This document shows, one piece after another, positions 19,029-30,509 of a stretch of 64,000 nucleotides of DNA. The translations under genes were made by a program, and so were the position numbers. Position 1 is the first letter of the stretch. Every line of letters begins with the position of its first letter. The notes under the pieces are model-generated. The model was not told the origin of the DNA and searched no databases. It saw only the letters and a program-made list of their open reading frames with translations. The DNA comes from an uncultured candidate division Zixibacteria bacterium (GTDB taxonomy: Bacteria > Zixibacteria > MSB-5A5 > GN15 > FEB-12), in NCBI GenBank assembly GCA_963664195.1, contig OY760907.1:3680001-3744000 (forward strand), given 5' to 3'.

Positions 19029-20873
19029 CTAAGCGATGTTTTCCGGCTCGACCGTCACCGGCTGCCCCTGTGACGCCAACGGAACGCGGATATGGAAGCG
19101 CGTGCCGCAACCCGGATCAGATTCGACGGAAAGGCTGCCCGAGTGCGCGGTCATGATCTTCTGGGCCAGAGAAAGGCCCAATCCGGTACCTGAAGCCCGG
19201 GTAGAATAAAACGGCGTGAAGATGCGCTCAACGATATCATCGTCGATGCCGCAGCCTGAGTCGGCTATCGTCACCAACGCCGAGCCTCGGTCGATGCCGA
19301 CAGACACCTCGACCAAACCTCCGGTTTCACCGTATGCCTTTATCGCGTTGTCGATTATGTTGCCGAATACCTGCTTCAACAACACGGCGTCACCGTCTAT
19401 CAAGATCTCCCCGGCGGCGTCTAATTCGAACTCGACTTCACAACAATCTTCGCGAACCTTGAATTGATCGATCGAGTCTCTGAGAAGCTCATCCAACGAG
19501 ATCGGCTCAGGCCAGAAGTCAAACGGACGCGCAAAAGTCAGGAATCTGCTTATCAGCGACTCAGCGTCTCGCGCCTCATTGATCAGAATATCCGCGCGCT
19601 CAGTAGATTGACCGTCGCGACTCTGGCCTCTCCTGATTAGTCCGGCATAGCCGCTGATAGCTCCAAGCGAGTTCCTCATCTGGTGCGCAAGACCGGAGGC
19701 CATTTCACCCAGGGCGACCAGTTTATTGTTGCCTTCAAGCTCCCGCCGAAGACGATCCAATTCCGTCAGGTCGTTTATAAACGCGAGATAACCGACTATC
19801 GTCTGCTCCTTATCCCTGATAGACGACAGACTGACCCCAAGCACGGTCTCAGACCGCCTCCCAAACAGGTGACGATACTCACGGTACCCGGCAACAGTAT
19901 CATCCTCGATGACCCGACCAACATCTTCGAGCAAACGTCCCAGACCACTCAGCAGATCGGAGTAATGCCGCCCTTCTGCCCTTCCCTGGCTGATGTCCAA
20001 CAATTGGATGGCCTTCTCGTTGGCCGCCACCACTGTGCCAGACGGGTCAAAAGTGATAATTCCGGCATGCCCTGACTCCAGCAGGTACTGATTGAATTGT
20101 TCCAGCGAATCGGCCCGGTTTTGTATCGCCTCGTTAAGTTCGACAAGCGTCGCCTCGTTCTCTTTCAACTTGTCGATGACACGCTCATACTCCCGCACAA
20201 TCGCGTCGGCTTCGTTCTCAGAGTCATCAACCTGACGCCCCGCTTCGGCAGCTCTCCGCTTGAGCTTTCTGAACGGCCCGAATATGAACTGCGACAGCAC
20301 AAAGTAAACAATGCCCACTACCCCCAGCGCACCGAGCTGCACGAACAGAATAGTACTGCGCGAGTCATCCAGATACGCCAGCCCGGGTCGATCAACCGTC
20401 AGCACAAGCAGGTTGTGGCCAGCCCCGGCAGGAATCGGATACAAAAAGTAGTACTGATCCTCGCTCCCCCTCGTCAACTCGTTGAAATCGGCGTTGAATA
20501 GCTTTCGGGCAACCTCTGGAAGCTGTGTCGGAGGCAGTTGAGCGAGCACAGTCTTGAACCATTCACGCTTCGCCTCGGTAGAATTTTCTGACGGCCGCGA
20601 CGATACAAGCATCAGCCCCGACAACCCTTGATCAAGCTGCACCTGCTTCAATTCATCGTCACTCAACCTGCTCGGATAAGCTTCCTGGATAATTCGCGAG
20701 ATCGACAGGGCCGCTTTGCGCAGATGACGGTCGGTCTCCTCCAATTGAGTCGAGCGAGCCCGGTATATTATGAAGTTTGAAGCCACGTTCAGGAACAGCA
20801 GGAGACAAACAATCACCAGCAGACCGAGATGTACCTCGGACTCGAACTTACTTTTGGATTTGCCCAGACGCAT
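19029..20873 (-). CDS. PAS-domain sensor histidine kinase (NtrB/PilS-like)
   Basis: Two TM helices, PAS, H-box LAHQMRNSL, N-box NIIDNA, DSGCGI, FTPFYST, GTGLGL. Confidence 0.92.
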   Translation of the reverse strand: MRLGKSKSKFESEVHLGLLVIVCLLLFLNVASNFIIYRARSTQLEETDRHLRKAALSISRIIQEAYPSRLSDDELKQVQLDQGLSGLMLVSSRPSENSTEAKREWFKTVLAQLPPTQLPEVARKLFNADFNELTRGSEDQYYFLYPIPAGAGHNLLVLTVDRPGLAYLDDSRSTILFVQLGALGVVGIVYFVLSQFIFGPFRKLKRRAAEAGRQVDDSENEADAIVREYERVIDKLKENEATLVELNEAIQNRADSLEQFNQYLLESGHAGIITFDPSGTVVAANEKAIQLLDISQGRAEGRHYSDLLSGLGRLLEDVGRVIEDDTVAGYREYRHLFGRRSETVLGVSLSSIRDKEQTIVGYLAFINDLTELDRLRRELEGNNKLVALGEMASGLAHQMRNSLGAISGYAGLIRRGQSRDGQSTERADILINEARDAESLISRFLTFARPFDFWPEPISLDELLRDSIDQFKVREDCCEVEFELDAAGEILIDGDAVLLKQVFGNIIDNAIKAYGETGGLVEVSVGIDRGSALVTIADSGCGIDDDIVERIFTPFYSTRASGTGLGLSLAQKIMTAHSGSLSVESDPGCGTRFHIRVPLASQGQPVTVEPENIA

Positions 20874-20880
20874 ATTGGAT

Positions 20881-20907
20881 TAATCGGCATAAACGCCGGT
20901 CTATTGA
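20881..20907 (-). promoter_or_regulatory. sigma28-like promoter (possibly leaderless transcript)
   Basis: Minus strand TCAA-N15-GCCGATTA, with 7 nt between it and the kinase ATG. Confidence 0.5.
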
Positions 20908-20922
20908 GAGGACCGACGCCTG

Positions 20923-21705
20923 CTAATGCACGTGCAGGAAATTATCGACATAGAGCGCGATGAGTTGATCGCCCCAGATTATGGCGACCATCGCAGCCAG
21001 AGCTATAAACGGCCCGAACGGAATCATCCGGCTTTCCCTCAGTTTCGCTGAGAAGATCATCACGACCATCGACACTGCCAGGCCGATCACTGCCGATGAC
21101 AGGAACACAAACAGCACCTTCTGCCAGCCCAGAAACGCGCCCAGCATTGCCGCCATCTTGATGTCGCCGCCCCCCATCGCTTCCTTCTTGAACAAACGCT
21201 CGCCCAACTCCGCCACGAGAAACAGCGAACCACCGCCGACCAGAAAACCGATCAGTGACGGGACGATTCCTATCCCACCCGGAAGGAACGAGACTGCCAG
21301 ACCGAGCGCCGCGCCCGGAATCGTGATCATGTCAGGGATAATCTGAAAATCCAGATCGATATAGAATATCGTCAGCAACGCCGACGACAGGAAGGCGAAT
21401 ACCGCAAACTCAAACGTCAGACCCAATTCCCAGAAAAAATACAGGTAGGCAGCGGCATTGATTAGCTCCACCAGCGGATACCTGAATGAAATTCTCTCGC
21501 CGCAGAAGCCACATTTCCCACGCAGGAAAAGCCAGCTCAGGACAGGCACATTGTGATACCATTTCAGTTGATTGTCACAACTCGGGCAGACTGATCGCCC
21601 GGCCCAGAATTTCTTGTCCCTCGGAACGCGGTAAATCACTACGTTGAGAAACGATCCGATACACAGGCCCGTCAGAGCCACCCAAATGTAATAGAAACCT
21701 TCCAT
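20923..21705 (-). CDS. pilD: Prepilin peptidase (A24)
   Basis: GSFLNVVIYRVP, RSVCPSC, RGKCGFC, YPLVE, IDLDFQIIPD, MGGGDIKM, IPFGPF. Confidence 0.95.
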   Translation of the reverse strand: MEGFYYIWVALTGLCIGSFLNVVIYRVPRDKKFWAGRSVCPSCDNQLKWYHNVPVLSWLFLRGKCGFCGERISFRYPLVELINAAAYLYFFWELGLTFEFAVFAFLSSALLTIFYIDLDFQIIPDMITIPGAALGLAVSFLPGGIGIVPSLIGFLVGGGSLFLVAELGERLFKKEAMGGGDIKMAAMLGAFLGWQKVLFVFLSSAVIGLAVSMVVMIFSAKLRESRMIPFGPFIALAAMVAIIWGDQLIALYVDNFLHVH

Positions 21706-21714
21706 ACCTCTGGA

Positions 21715-21741
21715 TTATCGGCAGGTTTGACGTTTAGCTGA
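21715..21741 (-). promoter_or_regulatory. sigma28-like promoter
   Basis: Minus strand TCAG-N15-GCCGATAA immediately upstream of pilD. Confidence 0.45.
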
Positions 21742-22495
21742 GTTCTCCGAGTCTTTGCATGATCAAGGCAACCACGGCCGGACCGGCGGTTTCGGTGCGC
21801 AGAACGCGCTTGCCCAGCCCCACCTGCAGGAACCCGGCGCCAACTGCACGCGAGACCTCATCTCCGGAAAAACCGGACTCAGGCCCCACCACAAGCGTAA
21901 TTCGCCGCAGAGTTGGCTCAAACGCAAGCGAGTCCAGCGATTGTGCCCCTTCGCCTGCATGAAAAATCAGGCCCGGCGTCTCCGAATCATGCTGAACCAA
22001 AAACTCCTCGAACGTAGTCGGGAGCGCGATCTCGGGAACGCAAGACCGCCGGCACTGCTTGATCGCTGCAAGCGCTACCTTTTCGAGTCGGTTCTGACGT
22101 GAACGGGCACGTTTCGGATCGCTCAGAGCCACCTTGGACTTCTCGGTCAATAACGGGATGAACCTTTTCACCCCAAGCTCGGTACCACGCTGTACCACGC
22201 TGTCGAACTTGCTGCCAACCGACATGCCGGCAGCCAACGTCAAACGGATAGTCGGTTCACCGAAGTCCCTGATCGCGTTGTGAATCCGCGCCGTAACGCT
22301 TTTCGTCCCGACCTTTGCAACTTCAGCCCGATACGCCATCCCGAGACCATCGATCAGAATCACCAGCGCCCCCGCTGTCAGTCGCATCACCTTGACGAGA
22401 TGCTTTGCCTCTGCCGTCGGAAGTGATACTACTTGACCCGTCTCAGCTTCGCCCGAAACACTTTCAAGAGAGATATAAAACAGCGGCGGCAACAC
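21734..22495 (-). CDS. rsmE: 16S rRNA m3U1498 methyltransferase
   Basis: HLVKVMRL, TELGV, AAIKQCRR, VGPESGFS, LGKRVLRTETA. Confidence 0.93.
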   Translation of the reverse strand: MLPPLFYISLESVSGEAETGQVVSLPTAEAKHLVKVMRLTAGALVILIDGLGMAYRAEVAKVGTKSVTARIHNAIRDFGEPTIRLTLAAGMSVGSKFDSVVQRGTELGVKRFIPLLTEKSKVALSDPKRARSRQNRLEKVALAAIKQCRRSCVPEIALPTTFEEFLVQHDSETPGLIFHAGEGAQSLDSLAFEPTLRRITLVVGPESGFSGDEVSRAVGAGFLQVGLGKRVLRTETAGPAVVALIMQRLGELS

Positions 22496-22498
22496 GAT

Positions 22499-23383
22499 CT
22501 ACACCACCCTCAAAGTGTACGTGAGCCATCCTTCTTCCCGAAAGATATCAAAATCCGCCTGACCGTACTTCTGAAGCGCTTCTGAAATCGCTGGTTCATC
22601 CAACTCAAGCAAACCGGAAAGGACGAGAACTCCCCCTCTGCGAGTCAGCGCAATCAGTCGATCAAGCATCGAGAGAATCGTGCTCCGAATAATGTTCGCG
22701 CAGACAAAATCGTACGGATCGTCACCGTCACACTTCTCAATCGAACCGAGCAGAATCTCATGAGACGCACGAACCTTGTTCAACTCGAAATTCTCACGAC
22801 AGTTTTCAATCGCCACGATATCATAGTCAATCGCCTTGATCCGACTGGCCCCCATCTTGTCGGCCAACACTGCCAACACGCCCGAGCCGGTCCCCATATC
22901 CATGAACGACATACCTTCTTTGAATGCGTTGCGAACGCCCAGAAGACTGCCCTTCGTCGTAGCGTGAGAACCGGTGCCAAACGCCATATTCGGATCGATG
23001 ACGATTTCGTACTGCAATCCCGTTGGCTCACACCAGGTAGGTCGCACTGCCACGTCTTCACCTATTGTCACCGGCCTAATACTCTCGCGATACTTCTCGA
23101 CCCACGACGCATTTCCGACACTGCGCTGCACGATTTCAGGAATTTCGGACAAATCGTTGCCGACAAGCCCCTCGAGGAATTCCGTAAGACGCTCCCGACT
23201 CTGAGTATCATCCTCAGGAACGTAGAAAATGATCCCTGTGACCGGAGAATCCTCTTCCTCCTCAAGCACCAGTCCCGCCGCGATGTGCTCGGTAATGAAA
23301 TCGCCGACAGAGTCGGCGAGATTTCGGGGCACCTGCAGTCGAGTTTCGATGTAAACCTGTTCGTCCTGTTCGGACATAATCAA
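22499..23383 (-). CDS. prmA: Ribosomal protein L11 methyltransferase
   Basis: [33 protein letters not shown]; follows dnaJ. Confidence 0.93.
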   Translation of the reverse strand: MIMSEQDEQVYIETRLQVPRNLADSVGDFITEHIAAGLVLEEEEDSPVTGIIFYVPEDDTQSRERLTEFLEGLVGNDLSEIPEIVQRSVGNASWVEKYRESIRPVTIGEDVAVRPTWCEPTGLQYEIVIDPNMAFGTGSHATTKGSLLGVRNAFKEGMSFMDMGTGSGVLAVLADKMGASRIKAIDYDIVAIENCRENFELNKVRASHEILLGSIEKCDGDDPYDFVCANIIRSTILSMLDRLIALTRRGGVLVLSGLLELDEPAISEALQKYGQADFDIFREEGWLTYTLRVV

Positions 23384-24558
23384 ACTCCCAGCGTGTCACG
23401 CAGTTTTTCAAAAAACGACCGATCTGCCGTGGGTGGACGGAACGTCTCTGAGTCTGCGAGCTGTTCGAGTATTTTGCGGTCATCATTGCCCAGTTTCGTC
23501 GGAACCCAGACCGTGATCTGTACGAGCTGATCCCCCTTGCCGCTGCGATGCAACCGCGAGATACCTTTTCCTCGCATTTTGAGCACTTTGCCCGACTGAG
23601 TTCCCGGCGGAATCTTCAGCTTGGCCGTCCCCCCCAACACCGGCACTTCGACTTCGCCGCCAAGTGCCGCCATCGTGAACGAAATCGGAAGCTCAAACAA
23701 CACGCTGTCGCCGTGACGCGTGAAATGCTTGTGCTGCTCCTCCTCGAATACCGCTATTAGATCCCCGGTCTCGCCGTTGTTCGGAGCTACATTACCCATA
23801 TTGTCCACGGTCATGTAGTTGCCGGAGGACACACCGGGCGGTACGTTCAGATTCACCTTGCTCGTACCTTTGTGCCTGCCCTCTCCCCCGCACGTACGAC
23901 AGGGGCTCGATATAACCTGGCCGGAACCCCGACAGATATTACACGTTGTCACCTGCTGCACGGTACCAAGAAACGTACGGGTCACCGTCCGCATCTGGCC
24001 GGATCCGCGACACTGCTGGCAGGTCTGTTTGGAAGAACCCGCCGCGACACCGCTGCCGTCGCACGTATCGCATTTCACCATGCGATTGACGCTCAGCGTC
24101 TTCTTGACACCGGTAGCTATCTCCTCAAGCGTCAACTTGATGCGCACTCGAAGATCTTCGCCACGGTTGGCTCGCCGACGTCCTCCGCCGCCGCCCATGC
24201 CGAACAGATCGTCGAAAATCGATCCGCCGCCACCGCCGCCGCCAAAGTCGCGCATGAAGGCACGAAGCGCGTCGCCAAGATCAATGCCCCCCTCGAAACC
24301 ACCGAACCCGCCAAAACCTCCCGCCCCCTGGCCCAGGCCCGCATGACCGTACTGGTCATACATCTGGCGTTTCTGAGGCTCTTTGAGCACTTCGTACGCC
24401 TCGGTCGCTTCCTTGAACTTATCCTCGGCGCTCTTATCACCCGGATTGCGATCCGGGTGATACTTCATCGCCAACTTGCGATACGCCGACTTGACCGTCG
24501 ACTCATCGGCTCCACGATCCACTCCGAGAACTTCGTAATAGTCTCGTTTATTCATCAA
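23380..24558 (-). CDS. dnaJ: Chaperone DnaJ
   Basis: J-domain HPD, G/F-rich linker, four CxxCxGxG repeats. Confidence 0.98.
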   Translation of the reverse strand: MMNKRDYYEVLGVDRGADESTVKSAYRKLAMKYHPDRNPGDKSAEDKFKEATEAYEVLKEPQKRQMYDQYGHAGLGQGAGGFGGFGGFEGGIDLGDALRAFMRDFGGGGGGGSIFDDLFGMGGGGGRRRANRGEDLRVRIKLTLEEIATGVKKTLSVNRMVKCDTCDGSGVAAGSSKQTCQQCRGSGQMRTVTRTFLGTVQQVTTCNICRGSGQVISSPCRTCGGEGRHKGTSKVNLNVPPGVSSGNYMTVDNMGNVAPNNGETGDLIAVFEEEQHKHFTRHGDSVLFELPISFTMAALGGEVEVPVLGGTAKLKIPPGTQSGKVLKMRGKGISRLHRSGKGDQLVQITVWVPTKLGNDDRKILEQLADSETFRPPTADRSFFEKLRDTLGV

Positions 24559-24561
24559 TTC

Positions 24562-26493
24562 CTACTTCTTGTCGTCGTCAACCACTTCAAAGTCGGCATC
24601 AACAGCGCCATCCTGCTCCGCGTCTGAGGTTTCAGCATCGGGCTGCTCACCCTGGGATTCCGCTCCCGGCTGCGCTCCGGCCTGCTGCGCCTGCTGTGCC
24701 TGCTGATACATCTGCTCAGCCAGTTTGTGCGAGGCCTGCGTCAGCTTCTCTTTGGCGGCCTTTATCGCCTCCAGGGAGTCGCCGTCCTTGACAGACTTCA
24801 GTTCCTCGACCGCTGTCTCAATAGCCTTCTTCTCGTCCGCACCAACCTTGTCACCGTGCTCCTTGAGCGTCTTCTCGGTAGCATACACCAGTTGGTCCGC
24901 CTCGTTGCGGGCGTTGATCAAATCGGCCTTCTTCTTGTCCTCGTCTGCGTTCTTTTCTGCATCCTGGACCATACGATCAATTTCCTGATCGCTCAGGCCG
25001 GACGACACCTCAATCTTGATTGATTGCTCTTTGCCGGTGGCCATATCCTTGGCGCTCACATTCACAATACCGTTGGCATCAATGTTGAACGTCACCTCAA
25101 TTTGCGGCACACCGCGCGGGGCCGGCGGAATGTCTGCCAAATCAAACTTGCCGAGAGTCCGGTTGTCGATAGCCATCTGGCGTTCACCCTGCAGCACGTG
25201 AATCGACACCGCCGGTTGATTGTCGGAGGCGGTCGAAAACACCTGCGACTTCTTCGTAGGAATAGTCGTGTTCCGGTCGATCAATTTCGTCATCACACCG
25301 CCAAGGGTCTCGATACCAAGGGACAGCGGCGTTACATCAAGCAACACCACATCCTGAACGTCACCGGCCAGCACACCGCCCTGGATGGCAGCGCCAAGCG
25401 CAACGACTTCGTCCGGATTCACACCTTTGTGAGGCTCTTTGCCAAACAGCTCCTTGACGATTTCGATGACCTTCGGCATACGAGTCATGCCGCCAACCAG
25501 CACCACTTCGTCAACATCACCGGTCGACAACTTGGCGTCGGCCAGCGCGGCACGGCACGGGTCAATCGTGCGACGAACCAGAGAGTCCGTCAACTGCTCA
25601 AACGCGGCCCGGCTGAGCGACAGATCGAGGTGCTTGGGACCGGATTGATCGGCCGTGATAAACGGCAGATTGATGCTGGTTTGCATCGACGACGACAATT
25701 CAATCTTGGCCTTCTCAGCGGCCTCTTTCAGACGCTGGAGAGCCATGCGATCCTTACGGAGATCAATCCCCTGACTCTTCTGGAATTCCGTAGCCATCCA
25801 GTCGATGATCGCCTGATCGAAGTCGTCGCCACCAAGGTGCGTATCGCCATTGGTGGAACGGACCTCAAATACGCCGTCGCCGAGTTCAAGAATAGAAATA
25901 TCGAACGTGCCGCCACCAAGATCATAAACCGCAATCTTCTCGTTGCCCTTCTTCTGTAGACCGTATGCCAACGAAGCCGCAGTCGGCTCGTTGATAATGC
26001 GGAGCACTTCGAGTCCGGCGATACGACCGGCATCCTTGGTTGCCTGGCGCTGGGCGTCATTGAAGTACGCCGGCACCGTGATAACGGCTTGCTTGACTTC
26101 CTCGCCAAGATAGTTCTCAGCCGCCTTTTTCAAATACTGAAGGGTCATGGCTGAGATTTCCGACGGCGGAAAGTCTTTGCCACCAGCCTCAACAATCACG
26201 TTACCGGAAGCGTCTTCTTTCACTTTGTACGGTACGATCTTCTCTTCGGAGGACACTTCCACATGACGACGGCCCATGAACCGCTTGATCGAAAACACGG
26301 TGTTCTCAGGGTTGGTCACGGCCTGACGTTTGGCGGCGGCGCCAACGAGACGCTCACCGTCTTTGGTAAAAGCAACCACTGACGGGGTCGTGCGGGCACC
26401 TTCCTGGTTCGGTATTACTACCGGGTCTTTTCCTTCAAGAACAGCCACACAGGAGTTGGTCGTCCCAAGGTCGATTCCGATTACTTTGCTCAT
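24562..26493 (-). CDS. dnaK: Chaperone DnaK
   Basis: [35 protein letters not shown]. Confidence 0.99.
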   Translation of the reverse strand: MSKVIGIDLGTTNSCVAVLEGKDPVVIPNQEGARTTPSVVAFTKDGERLVGAAAKRQAVTNPENTVFSIKRFMGRRHVEVSSEEKIVPYKVKEDASGNVIVEAGGKDFPPSEISAMTLQYLKKAAENYLGEEVKQAVITVPAYFNDAQRQATKDAGRIAGLEVLRIINEPTAASLAYGLQKKGNEKIAVYDLGGGTFDISILELGDGVFEVRSTNGDTHLGGDDFDQAIIDWMATEFQKSQGIDLRKDRMALQRLKEAAEKAKIELSSSMQTSINLPFITADQSGPKHLDLSLSRAAFEQLTDSLVRRTIDPCRAALADAKLSTGDVDEVVLVGGMTRMPKVIEIVKELFGKEPHKGVNPDEVVALGAAIQGGVLAGDVQDVVLLDVTPLSLGIETLGGVMTKLIDRNTTIPTKKSQVFSTASDNQPAVSIHVLQGERQMAIDNRTLGKFDLADIPPAPRGVPQIEVTFNIDANGIVNVSAKDMATGKEQSIKIEVSSGLSDQEIDRMVQDAEKNADEDKKKADLINARNEADQLVYATEKTLKEHGDKVGADEKKAIETAVEELKSVKDGDSLEAIKAAKEKLTQASHKLAEQMYQQAQQAQQAGAQPGAESQGEQPDAETSDAEQDGAVDADFEVVDDDKK

Positions 26494-26577
26494 AATCGAT
26501 TATCTCCTCTACTCGTATTAAACAGTACTATATCTCTTGGTTTGTCCCCTCGACTTACGCCAGAGAGGTCCTTCTAT

Positions 26578-27204
26578 TCACTCAGGCTTTCCCGTGCTCA
26601 CGCCCACTTTCGCGAAACGGAGCACCCGGTCGCCCATCATATATCCCTTGCCGATTTCTAGAGCCACGACGCCCTCATCGTACTCTTCCGATTCAACCTG
26701 CATCATCGCCTCGTGATGATTCGGATCGAACGGTTTGCCGAGCGCATCAATAGGTCTGACGTTGTACTTGCCCAGCAGATCGTTCATCTGGTTGTAGATC
26801 AATTCCGTCCCCTTGCGGAAAGCCCCGGCGTTGTTATCCTCACCCTCGCCACCATCGGCTGAGTGCTGCAGGGCACGTTCGAAATTATCCAGCACGTCCA
26901 GAAAATCTCCCATGAGCTTCTCATTGGCGTTCCGAATAACTTCGTCGAACTGCCGTGCCATGCGCTTTCTGTAGTTGTCGAGATCAGCCATAGCCAGCAG
27001 CTTCTGCTCTTCAAGCTCGGCCACTCGCGCGCGAAGACGCTCTTCCTCCGGAATCTCAGGCACAGGCTCTGGCTGACGCGAATTCTCTTCGGCGGATTCG
27101 ACCGCTCGTTCCGACTCATCGCCGCTGACCGGAATCACCTTCTCGTCGACCCCGGTCAGGTTTTCAATCTTCACTTCGTCCTTTGTCCTATTCTTGCGGG
27201 TCAT
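26578..27204 (-). CDS. grpE: Nucleotide exchange factor GrpE
   Basis: ADLDNYRKR, DNFERAL, FDPNHHEA, GY...RVLRFAKV. Confidence 0.96.
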   Translation of the reverse strand: MTRKNRTKDEVKIENLTGVDEKVIPVSGDESERAVESAEENSRQPEPVPEIPEEERLRARVAELEEQKLLAMADLDNYRKRMARQFDEVIRNANEKLMGDFLDVLDNFERALQHSADGGEGEDNNAGAFRKGTELIYNQMNDLLGKYNVRPIDALGKPFDPNHHEAMMQVESEEYDEGVVALEIGKGYMMGDRVLRFAKVGVSTGKPE

Positions 27205-27208
27205 ACTT

Positions 27209-28270
27209 CTATTGATCCTTCTTCTCGATTCCAGAAAGAACTTCGGTTATGGACTTGGCCGTGTACTCAACAATAGAAACGGCCTTGCTGTAGGGCATCC
27301 GCATCGGTCCGATTATCCCAACCGCCCCCTGCACCTTGCCCACTTTGTAAGAAGCCGTCACCAACGAACAATTGATGATATCGTGGATGGCGTTCTCACG
27401 GCCAATCGTAATAATCAAATCCTCTTCATGCACGTGAGCCAGGAACTCCGACAACACTTTGTTATCCTCCAGGACACCCAGCATGCGAAGTAGCTGGTCA
27501 CGGTCGGCAAACTCCGGCTTCATCAGGAGATTCTCGCGGCCAGACATAAGCAGCGCCTCGGGACTGTCCTCAGTCCAAATCCTGTCGCTGGATTCCATCA
27601 CCAGTTTGATCAACCGCGCGTTGCCCGGTATGTCTGCCAGCCGTGATGAAATGCTGTCCCTGATTTCGGATAGCGTCAGGCCACACAGCCGTTCTTTCAA
27701 CACCGCCTCAACCTCAGCGATACCCTGGACTGAAATCGAAGTCTCCACCTCCAGTATTAACGAGCGCGCCAGACCGGACTCCACAATGACGATCACCATC
27801 AGGCGTCCCTCGGCAATCGGGATCAAGCGAATATCCCTGAGTATTCCAACCTCAAACCGGGGTGAAATAGTCAACCCAAGTTGATTGGTTATCTGCCCGA
27901 GCACTTTGGCCGTCTGGCCGAGAATCTCACGAATTCCCCGCCCTTCCTTCAGTATCCCCTGACGAATGATCAACTTCTCTTCTTCCGACAACTTCTGCGG
28001 CTTAAGCAGGTAATCCACGTACACGCGGTAACCGACATCGGTCGGCACACGCCCCGCAGAAGTATGCGGTTGCTCGACAAGACCCAGTTCCTCAAGGTCC
28101 TGAAGCGTGTTGCGAATCGTCGCCGATGAGATGCCCATATCAAACTTGTTGGCAATCACCCTCGACCCCACCGGATCAGCAGAACTGATATAGTGGTTGA
28201 TCAGATTCGCCAGAATCCGCTTTTCCCGTTCTGTCAGGTTCTCAAACGCCATAGGTTTCCTGCGCCTCAT
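27209..28270 (-). CDS. hrcA: Heat-inducible repressor HrcA
   Basis: PVGSR, SSATIRN, QPHTSAGRVPT, GIIGPMRMPY. The start may be the MAFEN ATG six codons in. Confidence 0.96.
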   Translation of the reverse strand: MRRRKPMAFENLTEREKRILANLINHYISSADPVGSRVIANKFDMGISSATIRNTLQDLEELGLVEQPHTSAGRVPTDVGYRVYVDYLLKPQKLSEEEKLIIRQGILKEGRGIREILGQTAKVLGQITNQLGLTISPRFEVGILRDIRLIPIAEGRLMVIVIVESGLARSLILEVETSISVQGIAEVEAVLKERLCGLTLSEIRDSISSRLADIPGNARLIKLVMESSDRIWTEDSPEALLMSGRENLLMKPEFADRDQLLRMLGVLEDNKVLSEFLAHVHEEDLIITIGRENAIHDIINCSLVTASYKVGKVQGAVGIIGPMRMPYSKAVSIVEYTAKSITEVLSGIEKKDQ

Positions 28271-28376
28271 TTCACCAAACTGCCATTATGGCAGTACTTG
28301 TGTCAGGGGCGATCATAAGTAACACAATTTATAACGTTCGTCAAGCCTAAACGATTCCTTGAGTTTCATTTACATG

Positions 28377-28406
28377 AAAAAAACCGCCCCTTTCAGGGCG
28401 GTTTTC
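28377..28406 (-). terminator. Intrinsic terminator
   Basis: Minus strand aaaaccgccc-tgaaag-gggcggttttttt. Confidence 0.8.
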
Positions 28407-28436
28407 TTGAATACTAGTCGTGTTTAGCCAACAGGC

Positions 28437-28778
28437 TCACTTCTTCTTAGTCTTCGACTTGCTCTTGTCTTCCTTTTTTGACTCGCTGGTCTTGCTTTTC
28501 GTGGCAGTCGTCTTTTTCGTCGATGAAGTTTTCTTCGTAATCAGGTTTTCCCGGCGGTCATCGATCCCGTTCTTGTTCTTGTCAACAAAGTTGTCATACT
28601 TTTTCTTGCTCGGGCTTGACTTGGTTGTCGAGGACTTCTTTTTGTCCTTCTGTGTCGTCTTCGTTTTGCTCTTTTTGTCCTTCTTCTCTACCGCCACCAC
28701 CGACCCTGTTGCGGAGAACAGAAAGAACGCACAAACGAGATATGTGATAAGCCTCTTCATAGTGATGTTCCTCTGCAC
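28437..28778 (-). CDS. Small secreted Lys/Ser/Thr-rich protein with a DxNxNGxD motif
   Basis: Signal peptide MKRLITYLVCAFFLFSA (likely true start), KKKYDNFVDKNKNGIDDRRE, very basic flanks. Confidence 0.7.
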   Translation of the reverse strand: MQRNITMKRLITYLVCAFFLFSATGSVVAVEKKDKKSKTKTTQKDKKKSSTTKSSPSKKKYDNFVDKNKNGIDDRRENLITKKTSSTKKTTATKSKTSESKKEDKSKSKTKKK

Positions 28779-28845
28779 AAAAATTCCTGCCGCTCAAGAA
28801 GCGGTCAACATGTTTTGCCGACCGCCCCAGTCACGTCAGCGGCCT

Positions 28846-30495
28846 CTATCGCCTGGACTTGCCCTTTCCAGCGGAAGAGCGCGAACTGCTCGACTTGCCT
28901 GAGCTGCTCGACTTTGAACTGCTGTTTGACCTGCTGCCGCCGGAAGACTTCACGCTGCCAGAAGACTTCGAACTCGACTTCGGCTCACTCTGCCTGTACG
29001 AGTCGGAGGATTTCTTGCTTGATCCCTTGTTGCTTGAAGGCTCCGACTTCACTGCGGGAGTGCGCTTCGTCGGAGTGGACTTCTTCTCCACTTGCGAAGG
29101 CGCAGACTTCTTTGAAGATCCTGAAGACTTCGAGGCCTTACCGCTCCTTGCCTTTGAACTGTTGCCCGACTTCTTCTGGTAGTAGCCTGAAGACTTGCTG
29201 CTTGATTTCGTACTGCCGCTTCTGTAGCTGCTTCCGGATTTCGTCGTCGAACGTGTCGACGAACTCGTAGTGGTTCTCGACTTGACCGTATTGCTTGAAG
29301 TGCTCGTCGACCGCGACTTGCTGTCGTAGCTGCCCTGTTTCCTGGCGGTTGAGCCGGTCTTGGTGCGCGTCTTCTTCTCGGACTGGTAAACACCGGTCGA
29401 GGCATCAGTTTCATAACCACGGCTGGTCTCGGTCATCTTGGTCGAACCGCGCACGTACTTCTTGCCCGTAGTCGCTGTCACAGTCTTGCCGGTCACAGTC
29501 GTGGTCGAGCGCGTCGTTTTGGTCACCGCACCGCCAGTCTTGCCAACTACTGTACCATCGGCGACTGTCTTGGTCTTGAACTTCGGGTACCCGCTTTTCA
29601 CCGGGTCACGATAACCGACCTCACGCACTTCTTTGTACTTCGATCGCACATTCGGCACCGGTCTCACAATGTCGCGATCAAACACGACTGTGTTGTACCG
29701 GCTCACATGGAAGTCGTGCTCCCAGCAACGATGACTGCGATCGTAGATAGTGATAGTATGCCAACCGATGGCGAGACGCGGGATATACATGGGCGCACAG
29801 CCCCAGTAGATGCCGTTGACATAAATCGCACCACCGTACGGATAATCGATATAGCAGTTGCCGTATACGGTCCAACTTGGGTAGTAGGGCGTATACACGG
29901 GATGATAATATTCCTCTTCCCACTCGTTGACATAGACCGCGGCGCGATCATACGCAAACCGCTGTCCGCCATACTTCACGAAATGCGTATCATTGAGATA
30001 GTCCATGTAGTCCGCACGGTCATCCCAGTCTGCGATCAGTCCTGAATTATGGTACCAGTTCGGAATCGGGAAGCGTTCCCGCGAGGCAACGATCTGGATA
30101 TTCTCGAATCCTTCCGGACCGGACACTTCCAGATCATAGTCGTCATCTTCGCCCGGCAGGCTATAGGTTGCCCCGCCGCGAATATAGTTCTCGTCTTCAG
30201 GATCTGCCGGGAACAGCAGGTTCACTCGACCACGCGTGTCAATTGAGTAAATCGCTATAAACGCATCCCGGTTGACCCGGAAGTTGATTACGATGTTATC
30301 CCCTTCGTAATACTCACCGTCATAGTGATCCGTCCAGACCTCCACATCGAGATACTGATCGATTTTCGCATGGTCGTAGTCATCGTGATCGCTGTTCCGC
30401 TCGATCGACTGCGCCTGCGCACCGATGATTCCGGCCAACAGCATCAGGGCCGTCGCCAGGCTGAGAGTTGAAAGTTTGCGTAACATTATATTCAC
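28846..30495 (-). CDS. Secreted DUF4384-domain protein with a long basic S/K/T-rich tail
   Basis: Signal peptide; LDVEVWTD...YYEGDNIVINFRVNRDAFIAIYSIDTRGRVNLLFP; low-complexity C-terminus of about 240 aa. Confidence 0.8.
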   Translation of the reverse strand: MNIMLRKLSTLSLATALMLLAGIIGAQAQSIERNSDHDDYDHAKIDQYLDVEVWTDHYDGEYYEGDNIVINFRVNRDAFIAIYSIDTRGRVNLLFPADPEDENYIRGGATYSLPGEDDDYDLEVSGPEGFENIQIVASRERFPIPNWYHNSGLIADWDDRADYMDYLNDTHFVKYGGQRFAYDRAAVYVNEWEEEYYHPVYTPYYPSWTVYGNCYIDYPYGGAIYVNGIYWGCAPMYIPRLAIGWHTITIYDRSHRCWEHDFHVSRYNTVVFDRDIVRPVPNVRSKYKEVREVGYRDPVKSGYPKFKTKTVADGTVVGKTGGAVTKTTRSTTTVTGKTVTATTGKKYVRGSTKMTETSRGYETDASTGVYQSEKKTRTKTGSTARKQGSYDSKSRSTSTSSNTVKSRTTTSSSTRSTTKSGSSYRSGSTKSSSKSSGYYQKKSGNSSKARSGKASKSSGSSKKSAPSQVEKKSTPTKRTPAVKSEPSSNKGSSKKSSDSYRQSEPKSSSKSSGSVKSSGGSRSNSSSKSSSSGKSSSSRSSAGKGKSRR

Positions 30496-30509
30496 ACTCC
30501 TTGCTATAA

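Noticed and set aside
24725..25959. Long + strand ORFs opposite dnaK (similarly 7397..8695, 740..1693, 36914..37921)
   Set aside because: Antisense shadows of well-supported genes, with no recognisable protein motifs.
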